DNA of 64,000 nt from an uncultured delta proteobacterium (GTDB lineage: Bacteria > Desulfobacterota > Binatia > Bin18), in the NCBI GenBank assembly GCA_963733195.1, contig CAVTCR010000009.1:96001-160000 (forward strand), given 5' to 3'. The notes below the pieces were generated by a model. The model saw only the letters and a list, made by a program, of their open reading frames with translations. It ran no database searches and was not told where the DNA came from. Position numbers and translations under genes: made by a program. Below are positions 29,407 through 42,200 of the stretch, one piece after another. How positions within the stretch are numbered: position 1 is the stretch's first letter; every line of letters begins with the position of its first letter.

Positions 29407-31008
29407 ATGGATAGTGCAGGTGAAGTCAAAACTTCCGTTGCCGGTAATCGTGGAACAGGAACCGACGTAAGTGACGAATTCTTCCGCGCAAAAGATCCAG
29501 TCACAGTTGTGATCTTTGGTGCCTCCGGCGATCTCAGTAAGCGCAAGCTCATCCCAGCGCTCTATCAACTGCAAATGGCCGGCTATCTACCGGATCGGTA
29601 TGCCGTTGTGGGGTTCTCGCGCACACCAATGAGCGACGAGGTGTACCGCGAAAGCATGCGCGCAGTCTTGCAAGAACAACTCGCAAGCGAAGGTCATACA
29701 GTGACCGCCGATAATCAGCTTGTGCAAGCCTTGCACTACCACGCTGGGAATAACGATGACCTTACCTCGTTCAAAACTCTGAAAGAGAAACTTGAACAAC
29801 TGGACCGTGAGCGCAATCTCCCAGGAAACAGATTGTTCTACCTGTCCGTCGCACCCGAATTCTTCACTGTTATCATCCAGAATCTCTGTAGCGCAGGATT
29901 AATTTGCGGACGCCAAGAGAAGACCTGGTCTCGGGTTATTATCGAAAAGCCTTTTGGGAGGGACCTCACCAGCGCACGGCAACTGAATAATGATGTCACG
30001 AGCCTCCTTGATGAGAGCCAAATCTACCGTATCGATCACTATCTCGGAAAAGAAACCGTCCAGAATATTTTGAGCTTCCGTTTTGGTAACTCAATCTTTG
30101 AACCACTGTTCAACCAAAAATACGTCGATAACGTACAGATCACTGTCGCTGAAACCCTCGGCATGGAAGGACGACGGGGTGCCTATTACGACACCGCCGG
30201 GGCGATGCGTGACATCGTGCAGAATCACATGCTCCAGTTGCTGTGCTTGATCGCGATGGAACCACCGGCAGCACTAGAAGCTCAGGCAATTCGCGACGAG
30301 AAGGTAAAAGTGTTGCGCGCAGTCTTACCGCTCTCGCGTGAAGAAGTTGCAGCCAGCACTGTACGCGGGCAGTACGGCGTGGGAGAAATTAATGGCACGA
30401 TTGTCAAAGGCTACCGCCAAGAAGAAGGGGTGAATCCCAAGTCGATCACCGAAACCTATGTCGCTATGCGTCTTAAGATCGACAATTGGCGTTGGGCTGG
30501 TGTGCCGTTCTTTTTGCGTACCGGCAAGCGGTTGAGGAAGCGGGTCTCTGAAATTGCCGTGGAGTTTAAGCAACCGCCGCTCCATTTGTTTGGGCAGTTA
30601 GAACATCATGACGACAGTGAGCCTCCTCGTCCCAAATCTAATATCCTCGTCATGCGCATTCAGCCGGATGAAGGCATTAATCTGTCGTTTGCCTGTAAGC
30701 AGCCGGGCATGCGGGTGCATCTTAAAGATGTTCAGATGGATTTCTTTTACGGCGAAGCGTTTCAACAACGTTCACCGGAAGCGTACGAGCGACTGTTGCT
30801 CGACGCGTTACGTGGTGATGCCTCGCTATTCACCCGCTCAGATGAAGTTGAGTATGCATGGCGGTTTATCTCGTCGATTCATGAAGGCTGGGCGAACCTG
30901 CCATCACCAACCTTTCCCAATTACTATCCATTCACCGACGGCCCGGATGATGCGCAACGGCTCCTCGAAGGAACGCAAGCGCAGTGGCGATCAGTGAGCG
31001 ATATGTAA
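29407..31008 (+). CDS. zwf: Glucose-6-phosphate 1-dehydrogenase
   Basis: GASGDLSKRKL, IEKPFG, RIDHYLGKE, DIVQNH, EAYERL. Confidence 0.97.
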   Translation: MDSAGEVKTSVAGNRGTGTDVSDEFFRAKDPVTVVIFGASGDLSKRKLIPALYQLQMAGYLPDRYAVVGFSRTPMSDEVYRESMRAVLQEQLASEGHTVTADNQLVQALHYHAGNNDDLTSFKTLKEKLEQLDRERNLPGNRLFYLSVAPEFFTVIIQNLCSAGLICGRQEKTWSRVIIEKPFGRDLTSARQLNNDVTSLLDESQIYRIDHYLGKETVQNILSFRFGNSIFEPLFNQKYVDNVQITVAETLGMEGRRGAYYDTAGAMRDIVQNHMLQLLCLIAMEPPAALEAQAIRDEKVKVLRAVLPLSREEVAASTVRGQYGVGEINGTIVKGYRQEEGVNPKSITETYVAMRLKIDNWRWAGVPFFLRTGKRLRKRVSEIAVEFKQPPLHLFGQLEHHDDSEPPRPKSNILVMRIQPDEGINLSFACKQPGMRVHLKDVQMDFFYGEAFQQRSPEAYERLLLDALRGDASLFTRSDEVEYAWRFISSIHEGWANLPSPTFPNYYPFTDGPDDAQRLLEGTQAQWRSVSDM

Positions 31009-31041
31009 GTCACCCATAGTGATAAATAATGCGGGACGCCT

Positions 31042-32031
31042 ATGATACAATATATTTTGGCCGGTGATATCGGCGGTACCAAAACCAATCTCGCACTTTA
31101 CGTGGTCGAGCGCTCTACCCATGTCACGCTCCTGCGAGAGTCCTCCTTCGCTAGCAAGCAATATGATGGGCTGGAAACCGTGATCCGAGAGTTTCTCCAG
31201 TCTGATCATGAACAGGTGTCCGCCGCCGCTTTTGGCATCGCGGGACCGGTCCTCGACGGTGTAGTCCTTGCCACCAACCTGCCGTGGAAAGTCGAGATTG
31301 ATAGCATCGCCAGTGTCCTCGGGTGTTCGCAGATTCGGATCATGAACGATCTGGAAACAACGGCCTACGGTTCGCTATTCTTGCTACCGCATGAGATTCA
31401 GGTCCTCCAGGAGGGAAAAACGCGCTACGGCCATCGGGTCGTCGTCGCCGCTGGCACTGGCCTTGGACAAGCATTTTTGATTTGGGATGGCGCCCGCTAC
31501 CGGCCCGTCGCTACAGAAGGGGGGCATGCCGATTTTGCTCCGACCAACGAAAAAGAGATTGAACTGTTGCAGTTTCTCAAACGCAAATATCCGCGCGTCT
31601 CTTACGAGCGTGTCCTCTCTGGTCCTGGGCTTGTCAACATCTTCAATTTTCTCGACCAACATCTGCATCGACCCGTGGCTCCGATCGTTCGCCAACGGAT
31701 CGTCAATGAAGATCCAGCCGCAGTGATCGGACAAGCGGGTACCGAAGATCTGTGCCCCACTTGCACTGAAGCCGTAGATATTTTTCTCAGTCTTTATGGC
31801 GCCCAGGCTGGCAATCTTGCCCTTGCAATCATGGGGCTGGGCGGTGTGTATATCGGTGGTGGGATCATTGTGAAAATGTTGCCAAAAGTCACTTCTAGTG
31901 CGTTCATGAACAGTTACCTCGCCAAAGGACGCTACACTCAGTTTATGGCCGATATTCCTGTTCGCATTATTCTGAACGCCAAGACCTCGCAATTTGGCGC
32001 AGCCCACGCGGCTCGTGAATTATTGGCTTAG
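31042..32031 (+). CDS. glk: Glucokinase
   Basis: [32 protein letters not shown]. Confidence 0.95.
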   Translation: MIQYILAGDIGGTKTNLALYVVERSTHVTLLRESSFASKQYDGLETVIREFLQSDHEQVSAAAFGIAGPVLDGVVLATNLPWKVEIDSIASVLGCSQIRIMNDLETTAYGSLFLLPHEIQVLQEGKTRYGHRVVVAAGTGLGQAFLIWDGARYRPVATEGGHADFAPTNEKEIELLQFLKRKYPRVSYERVLSGPGLVNIFNFLDQHLHRPVAPIVRQRIVNEDPAAVIGQAGTEDLCPTCTEAVDIFLSLYGAQAGNLALAIMGLGGVYIGGGIIVKMLPKVTSSAFMNSYLAKGRYTQFMADIPVRIILNAKTSQFGAAHAARELLA

Positions 32032-32057
32032 CAAGAACAAAAACGGAACCGACCCTC

Positions 32058-34769
32058 ATGCCAAAGCGAGCGAAAGCAACTCGACGGACACCCACTGCAG
32101 AAGCCAAACGGCTCGCTGAGGATGCACATGGTAAAACTGCCTGGAAACGTTGGGGTCCCTACGTGAGCGAACGCGCCTGGGGGACCGTGCGTGAAGATTA
32201 TAGTCCGCATGGAACCGCGTGGGATTATTTTCCCCACGATCATGCACGCTCGCGGGCCTATCGCTGGGGCGAAGATGGTCTCGCCGGAATTTGTGATCGC
32301 TATCAACTGCTGGTGTTCGCTGTCGCGTTGTGGAATGGACATGACCCGATTTTGAAAGAACGTGCGTTTGGCCTCGTTCCTAGCGAAGGAAATCATGGTG
32401 AGGATGTTAAAGAATACTTCTTCTATCTTGATTCTACGCCGACGCATTCATACATGAAGTATCTCTACAAGTATCCGCAGGCCGCATATCCGTATGTGCA
32501 ACTAATCGAGGAGAATCGCCGACGACAAGGAAACGGTGAGCCTGAATACGAATTCCTTGATACCGGGATATTCGACGACAACCGCTATTTCGATGTTTTT
32601 GTTGAGTACGCCAAAGCTGGTCCAGAAGATCTCTGCATTCGTATCGAGGTCTGCAACCGTGGCCCGGAAGCCGCACCGATTCATATTCTTCCTCACCTCT
32701 GGTTTCGTAACCGCTGGGCGTGGGAGGCAAATGCCACACCCGAACCATCCATCCAGGTTGGTCCTCAGGGCAAGGGTTTTCTCAGCCTCACTGCTGACGA
32801 TTCTCTCGCTGAGCCACTGACGAACTTGTTGTCTCCTTACCACCTTGGATCACGGTATTTGTACGGTGATGCCGGAGCGCAGCTCCTCTTTACTAATAAT
32901 GAGACTCACGCCGAACGCGTCTGGGGACCATGGGCACAATCACGCAGTCCGTATGTCAAAGATGCCTTTCATCGCCATATCATCAATGGTGAAGAATGCG
33001 TGAACCCGAAACAGACCGGTACCAAAGCCTGCTTTCATTATGCCGAGGTAACAGTCCCGGCCCATGATTCTGTCGTTATCCGCTTACGCTTGACTGACAA
33101 GAAACTTACCAATCCGCTTACCGATGTGGACACCACCGTCAGCAAACGACGAGAGGAAGCAGATGCATTTTACACCTCGATTCACCCACCAAACGCAAGC
33201 GAGGACGAACGCCAGGTTCAACGCCAAGCGCTCGCTGGCATGTTATGGAACAAGCAAAGCTATTTGTATGATGTCAACGTCTGGCTGCACGGTGACAATC
33301 CCCACTGGCCACCACCAGAGTCGCGCCACCACGCCCGCAATACCCATTGGCGGCATCTGAATTCGCAGCGCATCTTGTCAGTGCCAGACAAATGGGAATT
33401 CCCGTGGTTTGCTGCCTGGGATCTCGCGTTTCATTGCATTACCCTTGCTTTAGTCGACCCCGTCTTCGCTAAAGAGCAGCTCTGGCTATTACTCTTCGAG
33501 CAGTTTCAACACCCGAACGGTCAAATTCCCGCCTATGAGTGGGAATTCTCGGATTTGAATCCTCCAGTCCAAGCATGGGCTATATGGCGTGTGTACAACA
33601 TGGACCGTCAGCGCTCCGGCACCGCCGATCGTCAGTTCCTTGAGCAGTGTTTTCACAAACTGTTACTCAACTTTACGTGGTGGGTCAATAAAGTTGACAG
33701 CGAAGGAAACAATGTCTTTGAAGGTGGTTTTCTCGGCTTAGACAATATCACCGTGATCGACCGTAGTCATGAGAAACCACATGGTGCCAAGCTCGAGCAG
33801 TCTGACGCGACGGGTTGGATGGGGATGTTCTGTCTCAACATGATGCGCATTGCACTGGAGCTCGCCAAAGAAAACAAAGTGTACGAGGCGTTAGCAACGA
33901 AATTTTTTGAACACTACGTCTACATTGGCGCGGCAATGAAGAAGATGGGAAACCGTGACTACCAGCTCTGGGATGAAACAGACGGGTTCTTTTACGATGT
34001 CTTGCGTTATCCGAACGGTGAGTTTCACAAGTTTCGCCTACGTTCCCTAGTCGGGTTGATTCCCTTATATGCGATTGAACGTCTCGAAGAAGAATGGATC
34101 GCACCATTTGCAGAGTTTCGCGCCAACCTGCACTGGTTTTTACGTAACCGACAAGATTTGGTGCAGCAGTGTGTCACCACCCTCACGCACGATGGTCAGC
34201 AGGTGCACGTCCTCGCCATCATGGATCCCGAACAGATACGACAACTCCTGGAGCGCGTGTGGAACCCGAACGAGTTTCGTTCGCCCTACGGCGTGCGGAG
34301 CCTCTCCAGGTACCACGAACAGCATCCCTTTCTCTTCGGTAACGATGGCGTAGAGTATGAGCCTGGCGAATCCCGCGCTATGCATAAAGGTGGAAACTCC
34401 AATTGGCGTGGGCCAGTATGGCTACCCACGACCTTTCTCCTCATCGAGTCCCTTCGAAAACTGCGCAAAGCATATGGCGCCACGTTTACTATTGAGGACC
34501 CCACAGACCGTACGAACCAGGTCACACTCGATGAGTTAGCCCGTGGTCTGGCCAATAGTCAGATCCGCTTGTTTACTCGTAATGAGCACGGGGAACGTCC
34601 GGTCCATGGTAACGCCCGGAAGTTTCATGAGGACCCCCACTGGCGCGATTGTCTGCTATTCTATGAACATTTCCATGCCGATACCGGACGTGGACTGGGT
34701 GCATCTCACCAAACTGGATGGACAGGTCTAGTCGCGTCATTGATTGATGAATGGCGACAGGACAAATAA
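32058..34769 (+). CDS. GH63-like glucosidase ((alpha/alpha)6 barrel)
   Basis: [57 protein letters not shown]. Confidence 0.9.
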   Translation: MPKRAKATRRTPTAEAKRLAEDAHGKTAWKRWGPYVSERAWGTVREDYSPHGTAWDYFPHDHARSRAYRWGEDGLAGICDRYQLLVFAVALWNGHDPILKERAFGLVPSEGNHGEDVKEYFFYLDSTPTHSYMKYLYKYPQAAYPYVQLIEENRRRQGNGEPEYEFLDTGIFDDNRYFDVFVEYAKAGPEDLCIRIEVCNRGPEAAPIHILPHLWFRNRWAWEANATPEPSIQVGPQGKGFLSLTADDSLAEPLTNLLSPYHLGSRYLYGDAGAQLLFTNNETHAERVWGPWAQSRSPYVKDAFHRHIINGEECVNPKQTGTKACFHYAEVTVPAHDSVVIRLRLTDKKLTNPLTDVDTTVSKRREEADAFYTSIHPPNASEDERQVQRQALAGMLWNKQSYLYDVNVWLHGDNPHWPPPESRHHARNTHWRHLNSQRILSVPDKWEFPWFAAWDLAFHCITLALVDPVFAKEQLWLLLFEQFQHPNGQIPAYEWEFSDLNPPVQAWAIWRVYNMDRQRSGTADRQFLEQCFHKLLLNFTWWVNKVDSEGNNVFEGGFLGLDNITVIDRSHEKPHGAKLEQSDATGWMGMFCLNMMRIALELAKENKVYEALATKFFEHYVYIGAAMKKMGNRDYQLWDETDGFFYDVLRYPNGEFHKFRLRSLVGLIPLYAIERLEEEWIAPFAEFRANLHWFLRNRQDLVQQCVTTLTHDGQQVHVLAIMDPEQIRQLLERVWNPNEFRSPYGVRSLSRYHEQHPFLFGNDGVEYEPGESRAMHKGGNSNWRGPVWLPTTFLLIESLRKLRKAYGATFTIEDPTDRTNQVTLDELARGLANSQIRLFTRNEHGERPVHGNARKFHEDPHWRDCLLFYEHFHADTGRGLGASHQTGWTGLVASLIDEWRQDK

Positions 34770-34882
34770 TGATGAATATGCGAGAATTTAGAGTCTTTTT
34801 TATTTGGGGTTCCCATAATTTCATCGCATCGACCTCCTGTCTAAAGAACTCTTTTTCGCCCTTTGATTTTTCTTAATAGCGT

Positions 34883-35635
34883 ATGACAAATCTTCACATC
34901 TGTCAGGATTCCCAAGATCTGTATTACCAAGCCGCGACCCTGTTCACGCGTTTGGCGAACGAAGCTATTGCAAGCCAGGGCCGCTTTACCGTTGCACTCT
35001 CTGGTGGCTCAACGCCTAAAGAAGTGTACTCTCTCCTTGCAAACCGAAACCCACGCATGCAGCCGATTGCATGGCCATATGTCCACGTGTTTTGGGGTGA
35101 CGAGCGTTGCGTGCCGCCGGTTCATATGGACAGTAACTATCGCATGGCGAATGAGGCGTTGCTGGCTCACGTCCCTATTCCACCGGAGAATGTCCACCGT
35201 ATCCATGCGGATCTGTTGCCGCTCGAGGCCGCGTATAACTACGAACGGGAACTCCGTGAGACGTTCTCACTTCCGCCTGATGGCACGCCGTGTTTCGACC
35301 TCGCTCTCCTTGGTATGGGACCAGACGGGCACACGGCTTCACTCTTCCCTGGAACTAGTGGGGTGCAGGAAGAGAATCGCCTCGTCGTCGCCCATTACGT
35401 CGAGAAGCTTGCAAGCTGGCGTGTCACACTGACCGCCAAGGTCTTCAATGCTGCGGCTCAGGTCGCATTTCTCGTTACCGGTGCGGATAAAGCGGTAACG
35501 TTGAAAGAGGTGCTTGAAGGTCCGTTTCAACCGGACCGACTTCCCTCGCAATTGATCCGACCTGCACCGGAAAATCTCCAATGGTTTGTAGACGAAGCAG
35601 CGGCAAGTGCACTGACAAACAAAGATCGACCGTAG
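34883..35635 (+). CDS. pgl: 6-phosphogluconolactonase
   Basis: ALSGGSTP, WGDERCVP, LLGMGPDGHTASLFP. Confidence 0.96.
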   Translation: MTNLHICQDSQDLYYQAATLFTRLANEAIASQGRFTVALSGGSTPKEVYSLLANRNPRMQPIAWPYVHVFWGDERCVPPVHMDSNYRMANEALLAHVPIPPENVHRIHADLLPLEAAYNYERELRETFSLPPDGTPCFDLALLGMGPDGHTASLFPGTSGVQEENRLVVAHYVEKLASWRVTLTAKVFNAAAQVAFLVTGADKAVTLKEVLEGPFQPDRLPSQLIRPAPENLQWFVDEAAASALTNKDRP

Positions 35636-35684
35636 AGACAATGCCACACAGAAAGCTCACGCATCACGCACAGATGAGGAACCC

Positions 35685-36455
35685 ATGCCCAGCAATTACG
35701 TTATCGACATGGACGGAGTGATTTATCTCGGCAACGAACTCATTCCTGGAGCCAAACAGTTTATTGATCGACTCATGAAGGGAAACCACCGGTTTCTCTT
35801 TCTCACTAACAGTTCAAACCTCACTCCCGTCGATTTGACACAGAAGCTTAGTAAGATGGGCATCGAAGTGAGCGAATATCATTTTTTCACTTCAGCGATG
35901 GCTACCGCGGATTTCCTCAATCATCAGCTCCCGAACGGTCGGGCATTCATCATCGGTGGCGAAGGGCTTCGTGAAGCGCTGCTTGCGGTGGGGTACACCA
36001 TCACCGACGATAAACCAGACTATGTCATCGTTGGTACGACGCGGACGTATGATTACGACCGGATGGAGAAGGCTGTCTCTTTGGTGCGCGCTGGGGCACG
36101 ACTCATCGGCACCAACCCAGATGTGACGGGTCCGTCTGACCATGGTATCATTCCTGCTTGCGGGGCACTGGTTGCGCCCATCCAACTTGTCACCGGAGCG
36201 CATCCCTATTTTGTCGGTAAGCCAAATCCCTTGATGATGCGCACGGCGTTGCGTCGGTTACGTGCCCATTCAGGAGACACCTTTATGGTGGGGGACCGCA
36301 TGGATACAGATGTTATCGCCGGGACCGAAGCCGGTATGCGTACAATCCTCGTTTTGTCAGGTGTCACGAAACGTGAAGACATCGATACCTACGCATTCCG
36401 TCCTCATTACGTCTTCGATACGGCAGGTGATATTCCGGTTGATGAGCTGAGTTGA
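35685..36455 (+). CDS. HAD-IIA family hydrolase (NagD-like phosphatase)
   Basis: DMDGV, LTNSS, GKPN, VGDRMDTD. Confidence 0.92.
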   Translation: MPSNYVIDMDGVIYLGNELIPGAKQFIDRLMKGNHRFLFLTNSSNLTPVDLTQKLSKMGIEVSEYHFFTSAMATADFLNHQLPNGRAFIIGGEGLREALLAVGYTITDDKPDYVIVGTTRTYDYDRMEKAVSLVRAGARLIGTNPDVTGPSDHGIIPACGALVAPIQLVTGAHPYFVGKPNPLMMRTALRRLRAHSGDTFMVGDRMDTDVIAGTEAGMRTILVLSGVTKREDIDTYAFRPHYVFDTAGDIPVDELS

Positions 36456-36563
36456 ACAAGCAATTGCGTGGGAAACAATGATTCGGTCTTTTCCGCGCTT
36501 GAGCCCACGGTATTCTGTTGTTACGTTTAAGCACCCTCTCTGTTTTCCTCAACGGTAGAATAT

Positions 36564-38160
36564 ATGCTATTTACTGAGTCTGCTGGTGAACATCGTCCAG
36601 TCTTTTATCACCCCAAAGGAGAGACGTCCCGACTCGTGACGTTGTCCGTGCCTGAGCGGCTCGACTACTTCACTCGTCTGCCGCTCTTTGAGAACATTCT
36701 CGATCAACTCTTTGAGAAGCGTCCAGTCGTCGCTGCGGACGGAAAGAAACAGATTCGCGACCTGTCCGTGCGCGACGCACTCGTCGAACACGCCGAGTTC
36801 TATGAAGTCCCAGCCAACACTGCCGTCTTTCAGGAAGGCAGCTTTGGTGAGCATCTCTTCATCGTTCTTAAAGGCACCGTCCGCACCAGCACCCATGTCT
36901 CCTTGGATAACGAGCGTAAGGCCGCCGTCAGGCTGGAAGATCTCAAGGATGGGGCGTTTTTTGGCGAAATGTCGGCACTATCGATGAATGCCCATCTGCT
37001 CACTGCCGAAACCGTCACACCGACGTTCTTGTTGCTCGTCCCGCAATTTATCGTCCAAGAGCTCGCGACACTCCAGGAACCACCTCTTCCTTCGATTCCT
37101 CGATTCCCCGATTTTCGCAGTCTGATTATGCAGGAGTACGTGCGGCGAGCCGTGCAAACCCTGATCCGCCGTATCCCAATGCTTCGCTTCACTTCCGACA
37201 ACGACATTGCGAAGCTACTGACAAAAGTCGAGCTGAAGACCTTCGAGGCTGGAGACATTATCTTTGAAGAAGGCGACCCGGCTGACGACTTGTACGTTAT
37301 CCATCAAGGATTCATCAAAATCTCCAAACGTGACGAAACCAAGCAACGTATCCTGAGTTATCTGAGCGAAGGGGATTGTTTTGGTGAGACCGGGGTTCTT
37401 GCCAACGCGCCTCGTTCGGCCAGTGCCACGGCTATGAGTCGGACTGAATTACTGGTTGTGCCCGGCCCACAATTTCAATTGCTCGTGAATGCCAATCCAC
37501 AAGCGATTCAAGAAAGTCGTGGAGTCGCAAACCTGCGCCGCTTGGACGCTGATATGGCACAGGACGTTACCTTTATTGGGGTACGGTTGCAGTTTCAAGC
37601 CGAGGTCATGCCTAACCTCGATGTCCTGGCGATCGACGAGACGCTGTGTGTCCGCTGCGATAACTGTGTGAAAGCCTGCGCTGCCGCCCATGATGATGGG
37701 ATCTCCCGCTTAATCCGCAAGGGCACTATTTTTCAGGAAATGTTACTGCCCACCGCCTGCCGCTTCTGCCAAGACCCAGTGTGTCTCTTATGTAAGTCTG
37801 GCGGGATCAAGCGTGACAAAGATGGGGATATCTACTTCACTGACAGTTGTATCGGTTGTAGTGGGTGCGCCCAGCGGTGCCCGTACGGCAACATCATTAT
37901 GGTCGATACCGAGGAGCTAGAGCATTTGACACGGCCAACTTTAGCTGATCAGCTCTTTCGCATTGGCGCCCAAAAACGCGAGGAAGAGATCCCCACAGAG
38001 CAAACGACCGCGGTTGAAGAAGGTGCCGGTGAAGTGCGACCTCGACAAAGGCCATCTCTTTCCCGCATGTGTGAATAACTGCCCGACCCAAGCGATTAGA
38101 CGTTATCGTGCCGATGAGCTTGATGTCATCATCGCCGGGCAACGTAACAAAAAGTCCTAA
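36564..38160 (+). CDS. Tandem cyclic-nucleotide-binding domains fused to a multi-[4Fe-4S] ferredoxin; frameshift near 38000
   Basis: FFGEMS and CFGETG...PRSASA cNMP motifs; CVRCDNCVKAC, CRFCQDPVC, CIGCSGCAQRCPYG; the shifted frame supplies KCDL...PACVNNCPTQAI. Confidence 0.88.
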
Positions 38161-38183
38161 CGCGTGCAGTAGAAGAGGAGTGT

Positions 38184-39257
38184 ATGCGGTCACCCGCACG
38201 TTGGTACGTCGTCGCGTCGATACTTGTAGCTCTGTTGAACCTTGCCTATTACTACCATTACACCACCCACTTGGTTGGCCCGCCTTCGGGCCGCACGTTT
38301 GAAGGGTTGTTGCTGGGGAATCTTGGGTTTGCCGCCATGCTCGGCGCACTCCTCTACAGCGTACGCCGTCGCTTCTTGAGCCGCGCCATGAACGCGATCC
38401 GTGTGGACCCAGACACACGGCGCAAACTCAAGGAAGGGGAACGACATGCACTTGAGCAGTTACAGAATCTGCAGCGACAGGTCATGCAGAATGCCGCGCT
38501 ACGCGTGTCTGCCGTCCGTCGCCAAGCCAGCGGCATCCTTCGCCAGACCGGTATGAAGCGCTACCTGTATGCTCAGGTTTCCGCTGGACCTGGGGGACGC
38601 GGCACACGCCTGTCCATTGGCCGACGCGAATGGGGTGGCCGTCTCCAGACCTGGTACTACTGGCATCTGATGTTAGGGTGTTTGTCGATTCTGTTGATTC
38701 TCACCCACGCCGGGTTTCGTTTCGGTAACCTTGTCGCTGTGCTTGCACTCGTCTGTCTAATTGGCGTGGTTGCGACGGGGATCTGGGGGTACATCATTTA
38801 TCAACTCATACCCACCGCACTGACCAAGGTTGAAGAACGGGTCGAAAAGACTCCCGAAGAGTTGCGCGACGAATTACAGGAAGTGAATCGAAGGTTGGCC
38901 ACTATCACCCAAAAGAAATCGCAGATCTTTCATGAGATCTATCAACAAGAAGCAGCGATACCGGGAGTGAGTCTCGAACCCACGTGGCGTTGGTTATGGG
39001 CACCGGCAGAAATTGCCCGCGACACGACCCGTCCAGATCGTCTGCGCCTGATTGTCAAAGAAATCCCCAGCCCCGAACAAGAAGATTTCCGCGAAATGGT
39101 CCGGTTACTCTTCCAGAAGGAAAAACTTGAGGTCTCACTCTACCCGCAACTGCGGTATGATTATCTGCTGAAGATCTGGCTCAGCCTGCATATTCCGCTG
39201 ACTGCTGGGCTGATGATCTTTTCACTAATCCACATTGTATCGATCCTCCACTACTGA
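38184..39257 (+). CDS. Polytopic membrane protein with four TM histidines (cytochrome b/ferric-reductase-like)
   Basis: Hydrophobic helices carrying WYYWHLMLG...LILTHAG and WLSLHIPL...SLIHIV, i.e. His pairs 13-15 residues apart. Confidence 0.7.
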   Translation: MRSPARWYVVASILVALLNLAYYYHYTTHLVGPPSGRTFEGLLLGNLGFAAMLGALLYSVRRRFLSRAMNAIRVDPDTRRKLKEGERHALEQLQNLQRQVMQNAALRVSAVRRQASGILRQTGMKRYLYAQVSAGPGGRGTRLSIGRREWGGRLQTWYYWHLMLGCLSILLILTHAGFRFGNLVAVLALVCLIGVVATGIWGYIIYQLIPTALTKVEERVEKTPEELRDELQEVNRRLATITQKKSQIFHEIYQQEAAIPGVSLEPTWRWLWAPAEIARDTTRPDRLRLIVKEIPSPEQEDFREMVRLLFQKEKLEVSLYPQLRYDYLLKIWLSLHIPLTAGLMIFSLIHIVSILHY

Positions 39258-39277
39258 TCGCACAAGGGGCAGAGCCC

Positions 39278-42200
39278 ATGATCAAGCTCACGATACTGAC
39301 CGGAACAGACGCAGGGAAAGAGATCACGCCAGCAAGTGATCCGATTATCCTTGGACGGAGTAGCACCTGCACGATCGTGCTCCATGATGCGGCAGCATCT
39401 CGGCGTCATTCCAGTATTGAACGGCGCGGGACCGACTATGTGTTGACCGACTTGCAAAGCGGCAACGGCACGTTTGTCAACTCACCCGGAACTCGGATTC
39501 ACGCACCATATACGCTGCAGGATGGTGACGAAATCCTCATCGGGAAAAGTCGTGTCCGTATCGGATTATTTATACAAGCCGAAGAAGACGAAGCAGCGAA
39601 AGTCCCCGTACAGCCATCCTCAGCGGCGATCTCTACAGGTTCCGCACAAGTTGACACGACCTCCGGGACAGAACTCGCTCAGCCTGTCCAAATACCTCCA
39701 CCCGCCGCTGATGCAGGACTCAATGCCGTCCATCAACCGGATGTGCCGATCGTCGTCACCATCGTCAGTGGTCCAAACCGCGGTATGGTCTACTCTCCAG
39801 CCCGCGAGGTATTTTCCATTGGGCGTGCAACTACGTGTGATATTGCACTGACCGATTCCACCGCCTCACGTGTGCACGCCACCATCAAACGGGAAGCAGG
39901 GAAATATCGCCTTTACGACGAGAATAGCGTCAACGGTGTCTATCTGCGCACTCCGCAAAATCGTGTCTATCATGCAGATCTGGCTGACGGCGATACGATT
40001 TATATTGGCCAGAACCAGTTACGCGTAGAAATTTCTCTGACGCCACCACCCATCGCGACGGGTAACGAGGATGCCACACGGATCTCCGGTACCATTGGCG
40101 GGAAGAGTTTCACGTTCACTCTGAAAGCACTCGGCAGTAACGCGCGAGCAGCACAGACGGACGAGGCGACCCACTTGGTTACCGGACAAAGCGGCGCGAC
40201 TACGCCCGAAGAAGCAACCAGTGACGTCCCCCAGTCTGTCGCGGCCCAGGGGGGGCCAAAAATTGCACTGCGAGTCATTGCGGGAAAGGATCAAGGAACT
40301 GTTTTCACACCTCCTCCAGGGTCAGATCGTTGTACGATTGGCCGCGGCGAACAAGCAAACTTTCGCTTACAGGACCGTGGGGCGTCGCGTATTCACTGCG
40401 CGATTGAGATTTCTCCTGCCGGATTTTTTCTGGTTGATGATGGCAGCCTCAACGGCACCTTTCTCAACCAGGCTACTGAGCGGGTCACGCGCGTGGCCCT
40501 CAAGGGCGGAGAAGAGATTCAGCTTGCCGATACTCGTCTGAAGGTCGAGATAACACCGCCAGAAGGTGCAGCAGCAGCCGAGGGCGTTAGCGAGGAAAAG
40601 ACAGCACACGTCCCATACCATGCACCACCCGCTCCACCATCTGCAACACCGAGCGAACCAGCACCGATCGTCCTTGTGCAACCCGCAACTGAGAACGTCA
40701 GATCGCGGTCTGCAGCATTCAAAGATCGCCTAGCAACCATCGCCAAACAGAATGGTGTCACACTCCGACCGTTCACCGTTCCTGGAACACCCCGGCAGTG
40801 GGTAGCGCTTGCCTTGATGTTGTTGGCAGCACTCAGTTCGTATGGGTTCGCAGTGCTCGGTCGACAAGCGTATTTTTCTGGTGGCCCCATTTCGGAAAGT
40901 CACGCTAAACTTGAGCAGCAATGCACGTCGTGTCATCCAACGTGGGGTCTCCAGCCAGTGAATGCCACGTGCGCTGCAACAGACTGTCACGCTGATGTAT
41001 TGAAGGTTAAAGACAATACTCGCGACGACTGCGTGAGTTGTCATACCGAACACCGGGGCCGTACCTTCGCGATCAAGGGTGGGGAAGCCCAGTGTTGGAG
41101 CTGTCATAAAGCTGGGATGAACGTTCGCGCCTATGCCTCTCGCCCGATGGGCGTATACCACACTCAGGTATTCTCTGTAGCTGAACAGCTTGTTCCACAA
41201 CCAGGCAAGGTTCCTACCCAAGGAATCCAGCCAGCCGCGCTAATGACTGCTCGCGAGACCTGGCTGAAAGATTTCACCGCTCAACCGACTGGACTCAAAT
41301 ATGCCCATGCAGCACACGCGGCGGATGTTTTAGAAAAGAACAAAAAGCAGGAACAGTGTCTGGATTGCCACGTCAAGTTGCTGGATGGGCAGTTCACACC
41401 GTTCCCAACTCACGCCCAGTGCATTGACTGTCACAAAGAAGTTGCCAACCAAGATCCACAGGTCGCAAAAGCAAGTGCCTCGGAGAAGTGTTTACTGTGC
41501 CACACCCAAAAGGACGGCGGTATCACCCGTGTGAAACAGGACGTAAATTTTGTCGCCTTCCAACATACCGATCATGGGCAAATGCGTTGTGTACAGTGTC
41601 ATGCTGTAGTGACGGCTGAGACGGAGTATCGTCCGGTGCTGCGCTCCGCAGCCGCATACCCGATGCCGATGGACGCCTGTTATTCTTGCCATCAAGACAA
41701 GAAAGTCACAATCGCATGTTTGGACTGCCATCGCCAACATCACAGCTATCCGTCAACCACTGACTTAGTCCAAGGATGGTTCGGCAACCTTCCTTTCAGC
41801 AGCGTCTTACTCACCTTCGTCGGACTGGTCGGCGCGATGGGCGCATATACGTATATGGATATGCGCCTTGCACGTCGCTGGTTAGCCTCGCTCGAAGAAC
41901 CTCCAGCTGCCCCTGCCGGCGGTGCAGCAGCAGGCTCCGCTGCTCAGGGTGCTGCCGGAGTCCCGCCACCACCTCCGCCAGCTGGTGAAGGCGGCGTGCT
42001 CCCCTACCCAACTGTTGATGCCGCTACCTGTATTTCATGTAGCAGTTGCTATGACTCGTGCCCAACCAACGTCTTGGAAGGTGACCACACAACACACAAG
42101 TCTACGGTAGTCAATCCTAATGCGTGCATATCGCTCACCGAAGGTTGCACTATCTGTCAGGACGGCTGTCCGACCGGCGCGATTCGCGTCACGACCGCAC

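Noticed and set aside
36456-36563. CRP-type TGTGA-N6-TCACA site upstream of the cNMP or cytochrome genes
   Set aside because: No adequate match here or upstream of 57227 and 58657.
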